The position numbers and the translations under genes were made by a program. Source: Raillietiella orientalis (Eukaryota). Taken from it: DNA of 64,000 nt. Shown here piece by piece: positions 1 to 14,479 of the stretch. Position 1 is the stretch's first letter; each line of letters starts with the position of its first letter. The stretch is from contig JAYWIR010000028.1 in assembly GCA_036172245.1 (NCBI GenBank), forward strand, positions 1,302,001 through 1,366,000, given 5' to 3'. The notes under the pieces were generated by a model. The model saw only the letters and a program-made list of their open reading frames with translations, searched no databases and had not been told where the DNA came from.

Positions 1-3000
1 GTGGTCTACGGAGAAAGGGCGCTTGCGCGTCTCGGCGATCTGCGGAGGAGGGATGGCATGCATCAGCTGCCAAGAAAGCGAAAGCGAAGAAGCGGATGCA
101 GGAAGAAATCGGAAAGCGTCGATCCGCTGATCGCGCTTCCGCGCAGCCGCGAAGACCACCACCGCGACAGGAGGCAGGTGAGGTCTGAACGAGGTGAGAG
201 GATCGTTCCGGCGACCTGTGCGAGCGCCGTGTGCCCCTGGCAACAATCCAAAGTGACAAAGGCTCGCAGGAGAGAAGGCTGACACGCTTCCTGAATTGGG
301 GTTCACTCTCTCCTTTCTTCGCGCGGACTCTTGCGAGGACGTTTCAATTATGGATGAGATGTCAGTGGATGTCAGGCCGCGCAAAATAACCTCATTGTCG
401 CCCCCCATGCACGAGGATCGCGTCGGGGAATTGGGAGGAACGACAACGAAAGCGGTAGGTGTGCTGCTGCTACTGCGAAATGAATCGCCACTTCCCTTCG
501 TCGTGCCAGGAAATGAAGTGCACCTCTGGGGAACAATGCAAGGGGTTGTGGACTCTTGCGCCTGAAGGCGAAAGGGGTAAATTGGCCATTCTGGCAGTTA
601 TAATTCACTCACCAAAGAAATCCCAGAGGTTCTATTACGGGGAGGACCTTTTTCGGGGACGGAACAGGATCTTCACTTATGTATGAGCCCACCGAGTGGC
701 TTTTCCTATCGCGGAAGAACATTTCTCCGAAGACGCCCGGGAGGTCAGCCCCTTGTTGTGACTTGCGCTGGCACTCCCCGCGCCTCTCTCGCATGGCATC
801 GATTTGAGTGAATTCCACAACAGTGACACGGCGCTTTCGATCTTTCAAGGCCGGAGTGCATCCCAGGCAACCCTCGCAGATCTTCGAAACCCAGATTTCC
901 GATTTCCGAGGCTCCTCTTTTGTTTTTGGCTCGCCTGTTCTCCGGAATCGCCATGCAATAAGAGACCACCTGCCTGGTATGACGTGGGCAACAGACACGA
1001 GATGGTAACAGAATCCTTCGGTTGACAGCTATCTGTGTGTCCTCCGTCCTTCGTGCTGATGCTGGGGCGAGATTCGAATTCCTGTGTGCGATCGTTTCTT
1101 GGAGGATTTTGACACGTCTTCAAACGGACCAGGACAGAAATCCCCCGCCCTTCGCAGAAAGGGGGTTTCCAGTTAAGGCGAAAGGCATCGGTGCGCTCAT
1201 CGGGTGCTCGACGCAAAGGCCGACCTTTTCTCCTGGATGTGCCATTGGCTCGCCAAGAGCAGGAAGCATCCAACAACGAAGCCTTCCAGATGAACTCTTT
1301 CAGCCATCTTTCAGCTTTGTATCGCATCTCGTGAATGTCTGTTCGCAGGTGTGGAGCTGCACCGAAGTTGGTCGAAGACAAGATTCCCGCCGAAGAGATG
1401 AAAGGATTCAACTCGTTCTTCAAGAAGGAGACCCAACAGAGGTCCAAAAGCAGAGCACAGAAAATTCAACAGTCAGTTGGGCGGGAAGGTGTCTCGGGCG
1501 CTTATGTCTTCGGGCGCGCATCAAGCGAGTCAAAACTCTGGTCATCCATCTCGCTCATCTACCACGGTCATCCCCCTCCACCTCCTCTTGAGGGTTGTCG
1601 ACCACTAATGATGAGCAAACGGATCGCGGTTCCCATCATCTCCACGTGAGGAAGCGCATGAGCAGCCCACGCCTTGCCGTTCCAAGGAGGATCTCTTATT
1701 TGCCTGTTCCCGCACATCACAACGCCTCATTTGCAAGATGCTCCCTCTGATTACTGCGAACTGGGGGAGAGAAAGAAGTCGGAACGAAAGCCAAGGTTCC
1801 TCTGTTTGAACATCCTCTCCATCCCTCTTCCATTATTTTGCCCATGCCGGGGAAATCGTGGAGAAAATGCAATAAGCAAACGCACAGAGATCGGTTAGAG
1901 TTCCCCGTTTGCACGGAAGCTGCATCGAAAATTTGGCTGGTAGGGCAGCTGTGATCGAACTGGCGCCGTTCTGGGTGGAAAATTTAGTTTCCAAGAAGAT
2001 GCCGCTTGCCGGTCACGGCCTCGCAACCATCGAGGTCTCCGCATGTCGGAACAAGTGTAGGCGTTGAGGCCTCAGCCTCCTTCCCGTACCGGATGAATGA
2101 AAATTTGCCTTCGGTTCGTGAAACGCACCGGGCGATCAGGAAGATCAGGAGCACCGAAGCTGGCCCACGCTTCCGTGTTACAGAGCTGCCTCGCTCGCGC
2201 GAATCTGCGAGCGCATCCTAATCTCATCCCGACAAAGACTCGAACGAATTTGCCAGCAGGATGGAGACTTGAAGTTTGGACCGAAAACCCCACTGTCGAG
2301 TGGGGATGGATTGCACAGCCTACGCTTTGCGCTGCCAAAACAAAAATGGAAAAAAAAAAAAAAAAAAACCCACAAAGGGGTGAAGATGCGTTTCAAGTGG
2401 TCTGCAAGTTCAAGCGGCAGTGTCAAACCATGAGTCAGAAGAGTATAGTAATCAGCTCAAAAGACTACGTGGTCAGGAAAACAACTGGCGGTCCGGCGTC
2501 TTTCCCTGTTTGCTCCCTCAGTGAATTTTTGATGATCCTCCCACGTTCATGAGGACGTGATCTCGAGTGCTTCGTGCTTGTCGTGGAAACTTCCATTCAG
2601 AACGGTGAGGGGAAAGGTGCACGTCGTCACTCTGCTTGCAGGCGGTGTGTCCGTCGTTTGGCTCGTGGATCTCTTTCCTCCCCGTATCTCAAGCTGCTGC
2701 GGAATTCACAGGAATGAACCTTAGACTTGCATGAAAGTTTTGCGAAACCCAACCACCATCTCGCGACTGGGGAGCCGATCGGCTAATTGAGCATCAGGAG
2801 CACAGGTAAGGAAGCGGAGGTCCTTTTCGAGCAGGGGTTCCAGGAATTTTCCCTTTTTCTTTTTTTCCCAACAAGGATCGAGTGAAAGGCAACTTCTAGA
2901 TTGATCGATAGCAGGATTGCCGCCCATTAATCGAGAAGCATCCGATCGTTTTGTTCTTGCAGCGTTGAAAGCACATCCCGAACTTGATGAGGGACAAGGG

Positions 3001-6000
3001 GGGATCTTTCATCCGCATCCTCAGAAACCACATAAATTCTTCGTGCCGATTTCTCAACGGTTGTGATTTCAGCAGCTGCGCATCACCCGATGTTGTTCGA
3101 AAATTGCATCACCGCCATAATAAGTGGAAACTCCCTGATTTCTAGGCGAGCGGAGGGCCATTCATATTTGCTATTTAGGAAGAAGTGTTGAGTAACCAGC
3201 AAGCTCTAACGACAGCGTCTAGTCGAAAGAGATAAACGAAAAACATACGGAAACGTCCATTATTCGAGTGAATGATACACCTTTTCCTTTTTTTTTTTTT
3301 TTTATTAAAAAATATAAATTAAACACGAATGGCTGATTTTGTGCAGAGATCTGCCAACGGACCGTAATTTAGGTTACCTCAGCGAATGAATCAATTAAGA
3401 AGAGAGGAGGATAGGGAGCACTCGTAATGGTCATTAATTCCGACAAGCGCGACTTGCATTGAAATGCTGAAACAAAGAACGAATATTAAATGACAGTTTA
3501 TTTTACAGACTGATGATGCTGCTTGGATGGGTCGCGTATTCAGCTCTGAAGGAGAGAAAACACTGTTCCGGAGAGGGTTTCACGCGCGAACCTCGCGGAA
3601 TCGGCGCCTTCTCCGAGCTGAAAAAGCAACGAAGGCATTCCGACACAGCCATCCGTGATTTTTCAGCTACCTCGAGGGAGGAACTCCCACCTTGAAAACT
3701 AAAGCAGGCGGGAAGAACAGTCTCGAGGGGAAAATTACTACCTGGGAGAGAGTCTCTGGAACCGTTTCTGACGCCAGCTTGCAGGACATATTCCGCTGTC
3801 TCGTTCACGGAAGATGCCGCATCACTGGATCAGAAATAAGATCGCAGCCTCTCTCTTCCTTCTGAATGGGGAGGCATTGCAAGTGGCCAGGTTTTCATGC
3901 TGGTAGTAGTCATAATCCGTGCATTTGCACTGATCCATTATAAATTATCAGCGAAAGAATCATAGTGAAGAGAGCGATTACAGATCGGAACAGTGAGCGT
4001 GGCAATGACGAAGAGAAGGGTCTACAGTAGATGTCTCGAAGAGACCTTCGAAGCGGCCAGAAAATTCCCATCTACTTGCACATAAGATGGTGAAATGAAG
4101 GTTTCTAGAAGGGCGGGAACGAGAAACAGATACTTTTGCTGCTTCTGTGAAGATGCACGCGGAGCTGAACCGTGGAAGGAAATCAGAAGGATGGGCTTAA
4201 AAAAATATTGAACTGGTAACCAGTTCAATGTTGCGACTCTGGCAGGGCAGAGTCGTAATATTAACTAGTCTTTCCCTCAATTGCCTTTTCGTCTTCGAAC
4301 CATCTGTGGGTCTCCGAGGCAGCAACCAAAAGGACAAGAGCTCCACTATCGAGCCAACAGAATAGGATTTTTGAAGCAGAATCGCATGTGTGAAGAAGCT
4401 GCTTTCGGTACCAGTTGGCTCTTGCGTCGTCTGATTTTAGTTTTCCTTCCAAGTGGAGTGCTAACTCACGCTATTTCCTGCCTCTCTTCAGCTTCTTTCA
4501 AAAGGGCGTATCTCACTTGTTTCCAGAGTATAGAATTTGCTTAGAAGATCAACCGTGTCACGAGGAGGGCATAGAAGACCAGATGGGGAGGAACACAAAT
4601 CCCTATTGTGAGCGTTGGCTTCTGTGCGGTGGGAACGCACGAGATTAAGGACCAACCACTAGAGAAACTTTCTCAACCTTGAAGATGAGTGTTGCGAGAA
4701 ATCTTCCCTCCAATTATTCATTACGAGCCACTGTTGTTGTGGCTGCTGGTAGTGCTGAGTCACCTGGTTCTCCTTTTCTTCCATCTTCACTTGACAGATT
4801 CAAGAGAATGCGATGTCATGAAAGCCATTTATAGAATCGTCTCATTCATGTTCTGTCGAAGAACGACCTGCTAGCCAAGAAAAGAAGGATCAGGCTGTAG
4901 CTTGAGGAACCAGTCATCTCAGTTGTCACCTTCTATCTCCTTCTTACTCCCTCCTGAAATTAAAGAGGGAAGGAATCCTTGTTGCCAAAGGCTTCTGAAG
5001 AAGAGAATTATTCCGTTCTTCCTCTGGAGCAGTTTGCAATTATTATAGCATGTGAAAATCATGGTCACACAGATGTGGATCGCAGTCAGATGTTCTTACG
5101 CTTTACTGAAACCGAAGTACAGAGTTCCAGAGTAGACCAGGTACTGATCAGGTGATTAGCTCGCAATCTCGTGCTTCGTGTCAAACATGTTCTTCTCATT
5201 TCACGCCGATCAAGTTCACTCTTTAGAAATATCGTCAAAATCATCTTGGCGGCCTCAGCTGCTGAGTCGACTTCTCTGCAGAAGGGCCAGTCTACAAGGT
5301 TTGTCCCAAAGCCATTTATCTGCCTCCCTCCACTCCTCCGGTGCATTCTTATTAATGTAATCAGAAGCAGCACGGGAAAAGGCCTCTATTGTCAAACACG
5401 GCCCTATTTTCTGCTTTCCCAAATCGATGCCTCCTATATGAAAAGCACAGATGAAGTAAATTTTGAATGTTCAGCCTTCGCAAACGCATCTCCGATGGAT
5501 GACCGCCCCGAGACAGATTCGGACTCAGATTCCCGACCCAGTGCTTCAGCGTTGACCAGGAACAACTTCACGCTCCCCAGAAAAGGAAAGCATTCGTTTG
5601 TATCCAAGAGTGGTGGATCTTGCGGCGCCATGGACTCGGGTCATAAGGACTTCTCCCAATAATTCGCAATCGAAACTCCAAAGCCTCTCGGAGCGCTTTG
5701 CATTTTCATTTTATATCGAATTCTGCTCGCATTTGCCCTTTGTCAAGCAGCAGAGCTTTCTGATCTCTGGAGGGGAGCAAATGGTGCTCTTCATGTGTGC
5801 GCGTGTTAAATGAAGCTCTCGGATCAGCGCTCCATCGCTCAGCGATATTTCACCTATTTCCCGATCCCGACCGCCAAGCCGCGGCGCAGAGGAAACATCC
5901 AGGCACCCCGGCGGCAGCACACGGGACTCCTCCGCATTCCGCCGTTAATCAACAGGAGAGGTCCGGTGTCCGCATTCTGCTCCAACCTCCTCGCGGAGCA

Positions 6001-8299
6001 AGGTGAATAAAGTATGAAGACGGGGGAAAATCCGAATTAAGGAGCAGAACGCTACTGCTCGAAAACCGTCGGCGGCTAGTGTCCCTGAATGAGCTCCGAG
6101 ACACTCTCGTTTTAACTCGAGTGCGGGAGCTGTTGAACGGCTTTTCAGAACTGACAGCAAACCTCCATGGGAACGCATTCGGGAGAACGCAAAGGTAGCA
6201 ACCGCGGGACCGAAAGCAACCTCAACCTCGCGTCAAGACGGCCAGGAGTCCCAAAAATGTTGAATCGAAAAAAGCGATCTTTTCTTGAATGCGATTTCTT
6301 CTGATCGGTCAGTTCTTAAAGGTATCGGGAGCTGCTCGATGAGGTATCCAGAAAAAATGGGTGAGAAGGAATCAGGAGCAGATCCGGGACTGCGGAACCC
6401 CTACATCACGGATATCAACAGAATGGCGATTGTGGAGAAATGAAACGCAGATCGCAGATCTCTTTCGATTGAAAAGCGTTTTCCACGTAACGTTCCCATG
6501 GAGATCACAGAATTTGGGGGGGGGGGGGGATTATGCTTTGCACTGGGGGAATGAGTGCCAAGAAGCAGCCGACGTGTGCAACTCTGTCCCTCGGCATTCA
6601 GCCGCCGATCGTCAGGCGGACCTCAGCCTGACTTATCCGAGTTGTGTGCTCAGTTTCCGTGAAGATGCCAACCTGATCCGGCGGCAAATGGAATACGAGA
6701 AAAATTGAAGAAGAAGAAGAAAAAAAAAAAAATCCACGGATCTTCAGCGACCTCTTCCTTTCCGGACTGCATGCGTCAGGGGACATTTCTTATCGAAGGA
6801 AAGATTCGGGAAGGGGGGAGGGGAGCGAAGCATTGGTAAAAGTTGACGAAACGAGGGCTGGGCCTTTTCGGAAAGATGCATGGCGAAACGCGAGCGGTCG
6901 CCATGTCGGGAGCGAAGGAAAACACGCCAAGGATAGACTCAGAACGTTGAACTTTGGGTAGACGGATTGTCGGAACCGGCAAGGCCCTACTCGGCGTGCG
7001 TAGATAAATGGTATGAGTGGTTTTTCCAGCTTGCATGAGGGTCCCACGAAAGCAGCCCGCTGGGACGATGCAGGGGAGGGAACAGCTGTTTTTTTTTTTT
7101 TTTCTTTTCTTTTCTTTTCTTTTCACTCGTCCGAGAAGGAATTTCCCTTCCCGGGTGGACAAGAGCGAATCCGGAACTCAGAGCGAAATTGTGCTTTCTG
7201 CTGACCATGATCAGGCAGAGAATGCCTAGGAGTCTCTGGAACCTTTAACCGGGAATGGAGAGATCGCACTGATACCTATTGCCGGAGATTCGAGGGTGCC
7301 ATTTTCCTTTTTCGTGGGCCGGCAAGCTGAATGAACGCTTACAAACCAAACTTCATCCAATGAAGATGCGTTCTTCGCACACTTATGAATACTTAACTAG
7401 GAGCTCACAATTATTCGTTTCTCGCAGCAGAATTCATTCTCTTTTGTGCACTCATTAATGTAAAAAAAAAAAATTCATTATTTATCTTTCATCTATTAGC
7501 GGTTATATTTCTGAACAGATGAGTAGTACTCTGTTTCGACTCCCGTTCATCCTGTCACTCAATAATTCAATTACGAGACTATCGATTGCAATTCTGGAGC
7601 CATGTATGGAAACGTCACATTCTTCTCCGGTCTTTAAAACTCATTAAGCATCCTTAAGTAGATGACAAGTAAAAGCATGTGATTGCAAGCATCTCTTTCT
7701 GGTCACGAACGCGAGTAGAAAGGGCCTCTGAGGAAGGCACGGTCTCCCACAACACACATCCTCGTCGTTTAATGAGTTCACGCTCAGTTTGGCGTCGCTT
7801 GGTGATGGAGCAACCTCCCCTTTCCACCTTCTCTCTCTTATAAGGAAAATGTAGAACGGAAAATGCATCTTTCTTCTGGGAGAAAGCATCCAGAAAATCT
7901 TACACACGAGAGCATCTTCGAATGCTCTCTCGCGCTTTTTTTTTCCGCATCCTTACGAGGCGGTTCGCTTGGATGCAGAGGGAGGGAGAAGGACATGAAT
8001 TGCGATGTTCGTTATCCCGATAAATCTGCCCTTGGGTCATAAAAAAAATTCAGCTTTCCGACCATCCTGGTAAGTACCTTTTCCGATAATAAGCAAAGGG
8101 TTCCCATAAAGGAACCGGTCAAGTCGATAGTTGGAAAATGAGTGATCGGCTCTGGAGAGGCCGGGAAGGAAGTGCAGATCACAACTGCGGAGACAAACCA
8201 CGAAATACTTTTCCCTGTTGCAGCTGGGAGATTTCCTTCGAGAAGCCTCGAAAAGATGTTTTTGGGGGAACAATCCACCTGCAGTGAAATCACTGAAGA

Positions 8300-9900
8300 C
8301 TTGGAGGAGGCCGACAAGGAAAAACTGGAAGAAGAAGCGATTCATGGCATGTGGGGTGGTGGTCCACGACCCGTTACGAACAAAGACTCTCCCCAAACAT
8401 TTCCGAAAAATAAATAGCACCAGCATGCGTAGGTCAATACCAAAGTAACAGCAGGCAAAAATCCCCTCGTTGTACAGCTTCAGGCCGCGGAAAAGACATT
8501 TGAAGAAAGAAATTCGTCTCGAAAAGAATTGCAGAGGTGGCGGCGGCAAGAAACCTACACGAAACACTAATGCAGTCCAGGTGTTCTCAGTGGCTGATGG
8601 ACTTGAAATGCTGTAACCTAACTGACCTATCATTCTAGCATTCAGCGAACGGAATGAAAAATCATTCACAAGGAGCAGTCGCAGGGTTTTTGCCTCAAGG
8701 TGAACAGCAGCACGAGTTTTGGAACAGCTTCCTCCCTAAATGGAGCATCTCTGCTGCTTGAAGTTGAGAATTGCCTTCCACATGTAAGCAACTCATTGCC
8801 CGCAAGCAATGAAGGAAACGAGTGTGTAAAAAGTCCTTAGGAGTGATGAGGTTTCCCCGCCACCTCTGAACCAGAAGAAACGGAGTCGTTGCCGCATTCC
8901 CTAAGAAGGCGCACGGCGTGCACCAGGAAGCCACGCCCTTTCGTTTGCAGCAGTGCATTCGGGAGAGCCTGCCACGTAAGCTACATCACTGGGGAAGCCT
9001 CTCTACTTCGGGATAAATACGGAATCCACGTATCCCTCCATGCTCCTACCATAGTTCGGTCTGGACCCAACATCCAATCTCCTGAATTCCGGCCTACTCA
9101 ACACTAGACGGACGCTCCAAGGAGAAAATCCAGCTGCGACACAGAACGGAAGAAGTGAATCCATGACTACCTGATGCGTGCACTTTGCTGGTGGATTTCG
9201 CTTTGCTCAAGTTCTGAAACAGCAGATTTCACGACACAGACTTGCAGAGGCAGCGGAGAACGCATCAGAGAACACAAGCGTGGAGAACAGAGACAGAACC
9301 GCGCCAGGTCGTGGGTAAAGTGAAAGGGACCGCAAGGATTGCTCAATTAGCCAAAACTTGCGCTCGCTCAAGCATTCCTGAACCGCATCAAAAGGCGAAG
9401 CACATGAGTTTTCCTTAATGACTGAGGTCCACCGAGAAAACATGATGCGTGCAGTCAGGTGAGCGACTGGACTGTCTGATCTCTTGATTCCTTTAATGAA
9501 GGATAATTGAGGAATCAATTAAACGATCCCTTGAATGGCTTCATCGCTTCTATCATGATTTTGGGAAACGACTTTCAAAGGTCGATTACTTCATTGCAGT
9601 CGGGATGAAACGGCCAAACATCAAAAGCACGGATAGGTGCTTAGGGGGGATTCTGGAAGCGAGGCCTATTTGATGAGACTGTGAAGAATGCTGGATGGCT
9701 ATTGGAGTCCCCAGTCCGACTCGGCAAGGTTCGATCGCGTCCATCGAAGATGCGTGATGGAAACATAACCAATCAACAGAGACTCCCCCTTTACGGCATC
9801 TGATGCTTTGCATGAGTAATATGCTCGGGATGCTCATCTGTTTAAGCTCTTCCGCGAAGAGGAAGTTCTGATCGATACTTCGCGGAGTGTTCCTGCCGAC
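8300..9900 (+). mobile_element. Decayed LINE RT relic within the inferred Vsx intron
   Basis: KSLGVMRFPRHL*...VVAAFPKK (about 8830-8910), QSPEFRPT, TLLVDFAL and IIEESIKRSLEWLHRF in RT order, with stops and frameshifts. Confidence 0.38.
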
Positions 9901-12900
9901 GCTTCCTGGATGACGAGACTCGGCGTCCAAGAAGGAAAAGGGAAGCAAAAATGTGAGGAATCGCTGCGGAAAGAATAGGCCGAAAGACACGCGAGGGAAT
10001 TCCACGATTTCCAAAACGAATTCCCAAACAGAATCCGATCGCAGGAAACAAAGAAGGGCGCTGAATCGGAAAGCTTCCGAGGTGGTTTGGTGCCTCGCAG
10101 GGACGCTGACCCCCGCCCTAACATCCGATGTGGTAGGCCACGGGGACAGAAGGCGAAAGGCGAATGCAACTGCGATGAACTCTGGAAGAGTTCTTCGCTT
10201 GCCTGACATCTTTCTCGAAGTCTGAGCATCATTGCTGCTTGACGGTTCCTGGCCGGCTCATACGACAGCAGCTCAACGAGGAAGGGCAGTTGGCATACGG
10301 TCGATGATGCAATGTCAACGATGTCAAATCACACGAACAACCAGGAACGTATGATAATGACAATACGTCGCAAATCAACACGTCGTCATGAAACAAGATG
10401 ACGACGCTTCGTGACCGCTTCGGACCGGTAGGAACGGTGCGACTGCCATTAGGCAGCCTGATTTCTGGAACCTATCTGTGGCGCCACACTCAACCACGTC
10501 GCCTCAACCTCTCCACCAAACTCTGAAGGTGGACTCTCGGGTGCCCTATTGCTGCTCATTTCTTCTTCAGCTTGGGGATTTTTCATTGTCCTCAAGCGTC
10601 TTCCTCCAGAGCTGCGTGTAAATATTCTCGCCCGCCCCCTCTTCTGCATCTCAATCAGCATCTCAACGATCTCGTGTACGCTTATCGATCAGCCTCCATC
10701 GTCACTGCTGCATCATTTGACATTGAATAAAAGGAATAGCTGCGTTCCGAGTTCGCGAAGATCAGAGGAGTTCGGGGTCAAAGATATTTTAAGGAACCTC
10801 CGTACACCGTTCACGTCTCTTGTGTGGTGGAGAGTCTAGAAGCGCAGCTTGCGCAACAGGAGGGCACTGACTGCGCTAAACGGGCAACCCTTCCCCCTTC
10901 TTTGTTCGTTCTTAGGGTGCCTCAGTCCCAAATTCAATCGTTCCGAATGGAACGAAGGGAGCAGCGCTGTTGCTTAGCATTTCCTCTTCACTGTACGGTA
11001 GCTTCTACTCATCCAGTCCGTAAGCATTCGATCGCCAGCCAGGCGGCCTTGGTCACCAGCATAGCTTTCGGCGATACTCCTGCTTCTTGCATCTCCGCCT
11101 AGGTTGTTCCCCCAGGAGTGACCAGGTTCTTCCTATCCTTTGAGCTATCTATTATCCGTCTATCTATCTCTCCTTCCCTCTTTCTACCCTCCATCTTTCT
11201 GCTTATCCTACCCCCTCCCCCCTTCTCCCGTGAACGGGAGATTCGATTGCCAGCTAGGCGGCCTTGGCCGCCGGCGTCTCTTCCGACAATCCTCCTGCTT
11301 TTTGCGTCCGCGCCTGGGTTCTTCCTACAGGAATGACCAGGTTCGGAGAGACCCGCGTTCTGAACGAATGTGTCTTCAGTCATCTTTCTCCCCTCTCCCA
11401 GCCGTTCCCACGACGCCGAACTTCGACCGGCAGGAGACTGAGGGTGCTTTCGGCAAACTTTCGCGCACGATTTCATACCGCTTTTCGGATGGGCGATCCT
11501 CTCACCGGGAAGAGGTGGGGAGGAGGAAGAGGAGAGCAGCGGGATCTCTGAATCCGGAGAATGGGACGCCAACAGATGTTCGCAGCATTCGCAGAGGGCT
11601 TCGAAGGGGAAGAGCACTGCCATCCGCGGAATCCCCCGACGAGGGAGCACCTTTTCCTGTCCTCGCTCTTCATGGATGACTGCTGCGTGGAACGCGAGAG
11701 AAGGCAAGCAAATCCCCAGCTTGAGGAGGTGGGAGTCGTTGGGGATTCGAACGATCCGAGGGGAAGGCGGGGGCGATCCGAGAGACGGCGCCGTCGGTAT
11801 TGGGAGGAGGGAAGACAGCAGCGGTCCCCCGGGAAAAGCAGCGGTGCCCTCCGACGCGACCAAGATGGCGCGCGGGTCCTTCCTGCCCGAACGAAGGCGC
11901 GCGCGAGCCGGACAGGAAGGCATTCCCTCTCCTTCTATACAACGCGAGATCAAGAAAGGAAGAATAGCAATGTCCGTCGCTCCTGAAGGAGCGACGAACA
12001 TTCCGGAATTTCGTCGTGTCGCGAAAGAAACTCCGTGAGGCACTTCTCCTCCTCCCCCATTCCTCCTTCCAAGGAGTGATGGAGAGACGAGGGAACGAAG
12101 AGTTTTCCCTAGTTCTGCTTCCGGCCAAGCGCGCGCTCAGGTCCGCAGCTCCCCCCTCCTCCTCCTCCAGGCGACAGCCTTAGCAAGCAGCCAATAGGAA
12201 GCTTAGGAAGGGAGACGCGAGATCGCTCTCCAGCTGCCTCTCCTGAATTGCTCCGGCGATCGCAAAGGGCGGGCGGCACAAGTCCCAGCCTCACGAATTG
12301 CGAGTGTGAAGGCGGACCTACGCGAGGAAGGGTGGCTGACCCTCGGAAGATGGCGAATTTCTCCCCCGTATCTAAAGGAAGGGCAGAAAAGGGAAATCCT
12401 CAAGATGGAGGATTCTCCGGAAGACACACAGGAAAGCTCACAGACGATCGTCAGCATCCTGACCATCTCCTTGGAAGCGGCAAGAATACATCCCACCCAC
12501 CCAACAACGTCTTTCGCAGCCCCATGTCCAAGCAACTCCTCTGAATACCCTTCTCCTTCTTGAATCACCTTGGTCACCATCCTTTAGCCAGATGAAGCCT
12601 CACGCGCTCGCGGAGCTTAGCGATGACCGAAGAAAGCCAGCGGCCGCAGCGGAAACGAAGCAACCCTTTTCAGGTCCTCTGCTTCCTGCTTCTTTTCTCG
12701 TTCACCGATGGTCCCCCGCCGAGGAGATTCTGATTGCTTCGTCTCACCATCTGACATCGCCGTCGGTACATCCGGGACTGCGATTCACACGGAAACGAAG
12801 GTGGCTGCAACCAATCAGCGTGGCGATCCGGAAACTGTCGTCATCATCTCCTTATCTTCTATTGCCCCCGTTCCAAGCAAAACGACGGGAGGAACGACAG

Positions 12901-13529
12901 GATTTCGAAACCAGCCAGACCAATTGTAACGATCTCCACGTGGGCCTTATTGAAAAAAAAAAAAAAAAAACTCCAGGCGATTCTTGGGCAGCAGGCGGCC
13001 GACCCCCTTCCAGGTAAGCGGCGACGCTCGTCGACGAGCGATTTGAGAGGAGACACCGAGACACCAGAGACCAGCCAGTTGACCAACTTGATCCGGGTCG
13101 TCCTCTTGCGAGATCAGAGGAAGAGCCGGTTGACGAGAGGGATGCTACCCCCGGACGCACTCGTTCAGGAGAGGAGAGAGAGGAGAAAGACGGCCCCGCG
13201 CTATCAAGAAAGATTGTCAGAACCCGAACGGACTCCCTTCCCCCGCTCTAGGAAGCAGCATCTGTGGTGCGCAGACGTGGCGCTATCAGGGAGTGACTGC
13301 TCCCGGAACACGGGTCGGTATTCCGACAGCAGAAAACAGCTCGCAGTAGACCTTCCGGGGCCCTCAATGTCTCTGCACCTATCACGAAGAAGTTGGTGGA
13401 TGGAGATGCTCGCCCCTTTCTTCAGCGAGTTGTTTTCACAGTTCGAAATTGGAGAGGTTCCACACTTCGGAACAATCCAGAAACATGAGCGCAGGGAGCA
13501 CTCGGGAAGGAGACTGAGCGACGCATGCA

Positions 13530-13870
13530 GATATGTATATACCTGTCTATCTCTTATTTATCTACCTATCCTTCCATCCTTCATACTATTCGTTTATCTA
13601 CCTATTCTTTCAGCTTTCTACTGTCCATCTACCTACCTATTCTTACTTCTTTCTACACTCCATCGATCCACCTATCCTTCCCTCTTTCTATTCTCCATTT
13701 ATCTAGATGGGTGGAAGAAAGCTGCCTGCCCTTCCATCTACCTACCATCCATCTATCTAGCTGCCGTTCTGTCTGTCTTTCATTCATCTGTTTACTAATG
13801 CATCTTTATATGCCTTCATCTACGTCTGTATTTTCACATTTCTATCTACATATGCCATTCCATATCCTTG
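13530..13870. repeat. Degenerate (CTAT/ATCT/CTAC)n low-complexity tract; a shorter similar tract lies at about 11130-11215
   Basis: Recurring tctatc, tctacc, atctat and catcta words, with G depleted on the plus strand. Confidence 0.75.
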
Positions 13871-14479
13871 CATGCTTCAATCCTGTATATGTAAACAAAG
13901 GGCCAAAAGAGAACTTCGGTTGGCCTTGGTGCCTTTTAGTCAGCAAAGAGGGAAAGGGATTACAGAGCTGTTCTCCGAGTAGCGGGGAAGGCATTGAGGA
14001 GAACAGGAATGCTTTGCTTCCAGGCTCCAGCAGGAGAGCAGAGGAGCTCCGCCTGGAATCGAACGAGAGCGATCCGTTCCTTCGGATGAACAGCAGCGAC
14101 GAAGCAGGGGCTCCAGCCAGGAGCTCTGGTGATTCAGGCATGCCAGCCTCTCAAGAGCCGTCCCAGATCGCGGGCGAAGGAGAGGAAGAGGGGCTCCCAG
14201 CCTCTGTGCCTCCTAGGATGCGCGGAAAGAGACAGACGGTCTGCGAAGGCCGTCTCCACCTCCTTGATCTCTCTCCCTTCCTTCCCACCGCCCTCGACCC
14301 GCATCTGGGAGGCCCTCGGCACGGGCATAAAGGACCTTCATGGTTCCGGTAGCCTGTCACGCTTCCATCTCCCCTTCTCTTTTCGAACCTCCAAATGGGC
14401 ATCCAGAGCTCCGGACGAATATAGAGGATTGCCATGGTTTCGGAGATGGTCCATAAATGTATCTCTCGTTGTCTCTCCC

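Noticed and set aside
905..950. NRRAKNKR on the minus strand as the missing homeodomain helix 3
   Set aside because: It lacks the invariant WF(Q) before NRR and the Vsx KWRK/CVC continuation, and has no suitable splice context.
8142..8417. IGSGEAGK as a GTPase G1 motif
   Set aside because: It is not followed by S/T, no G3 or G4 motifs are present, and it lies beside LINE debris.
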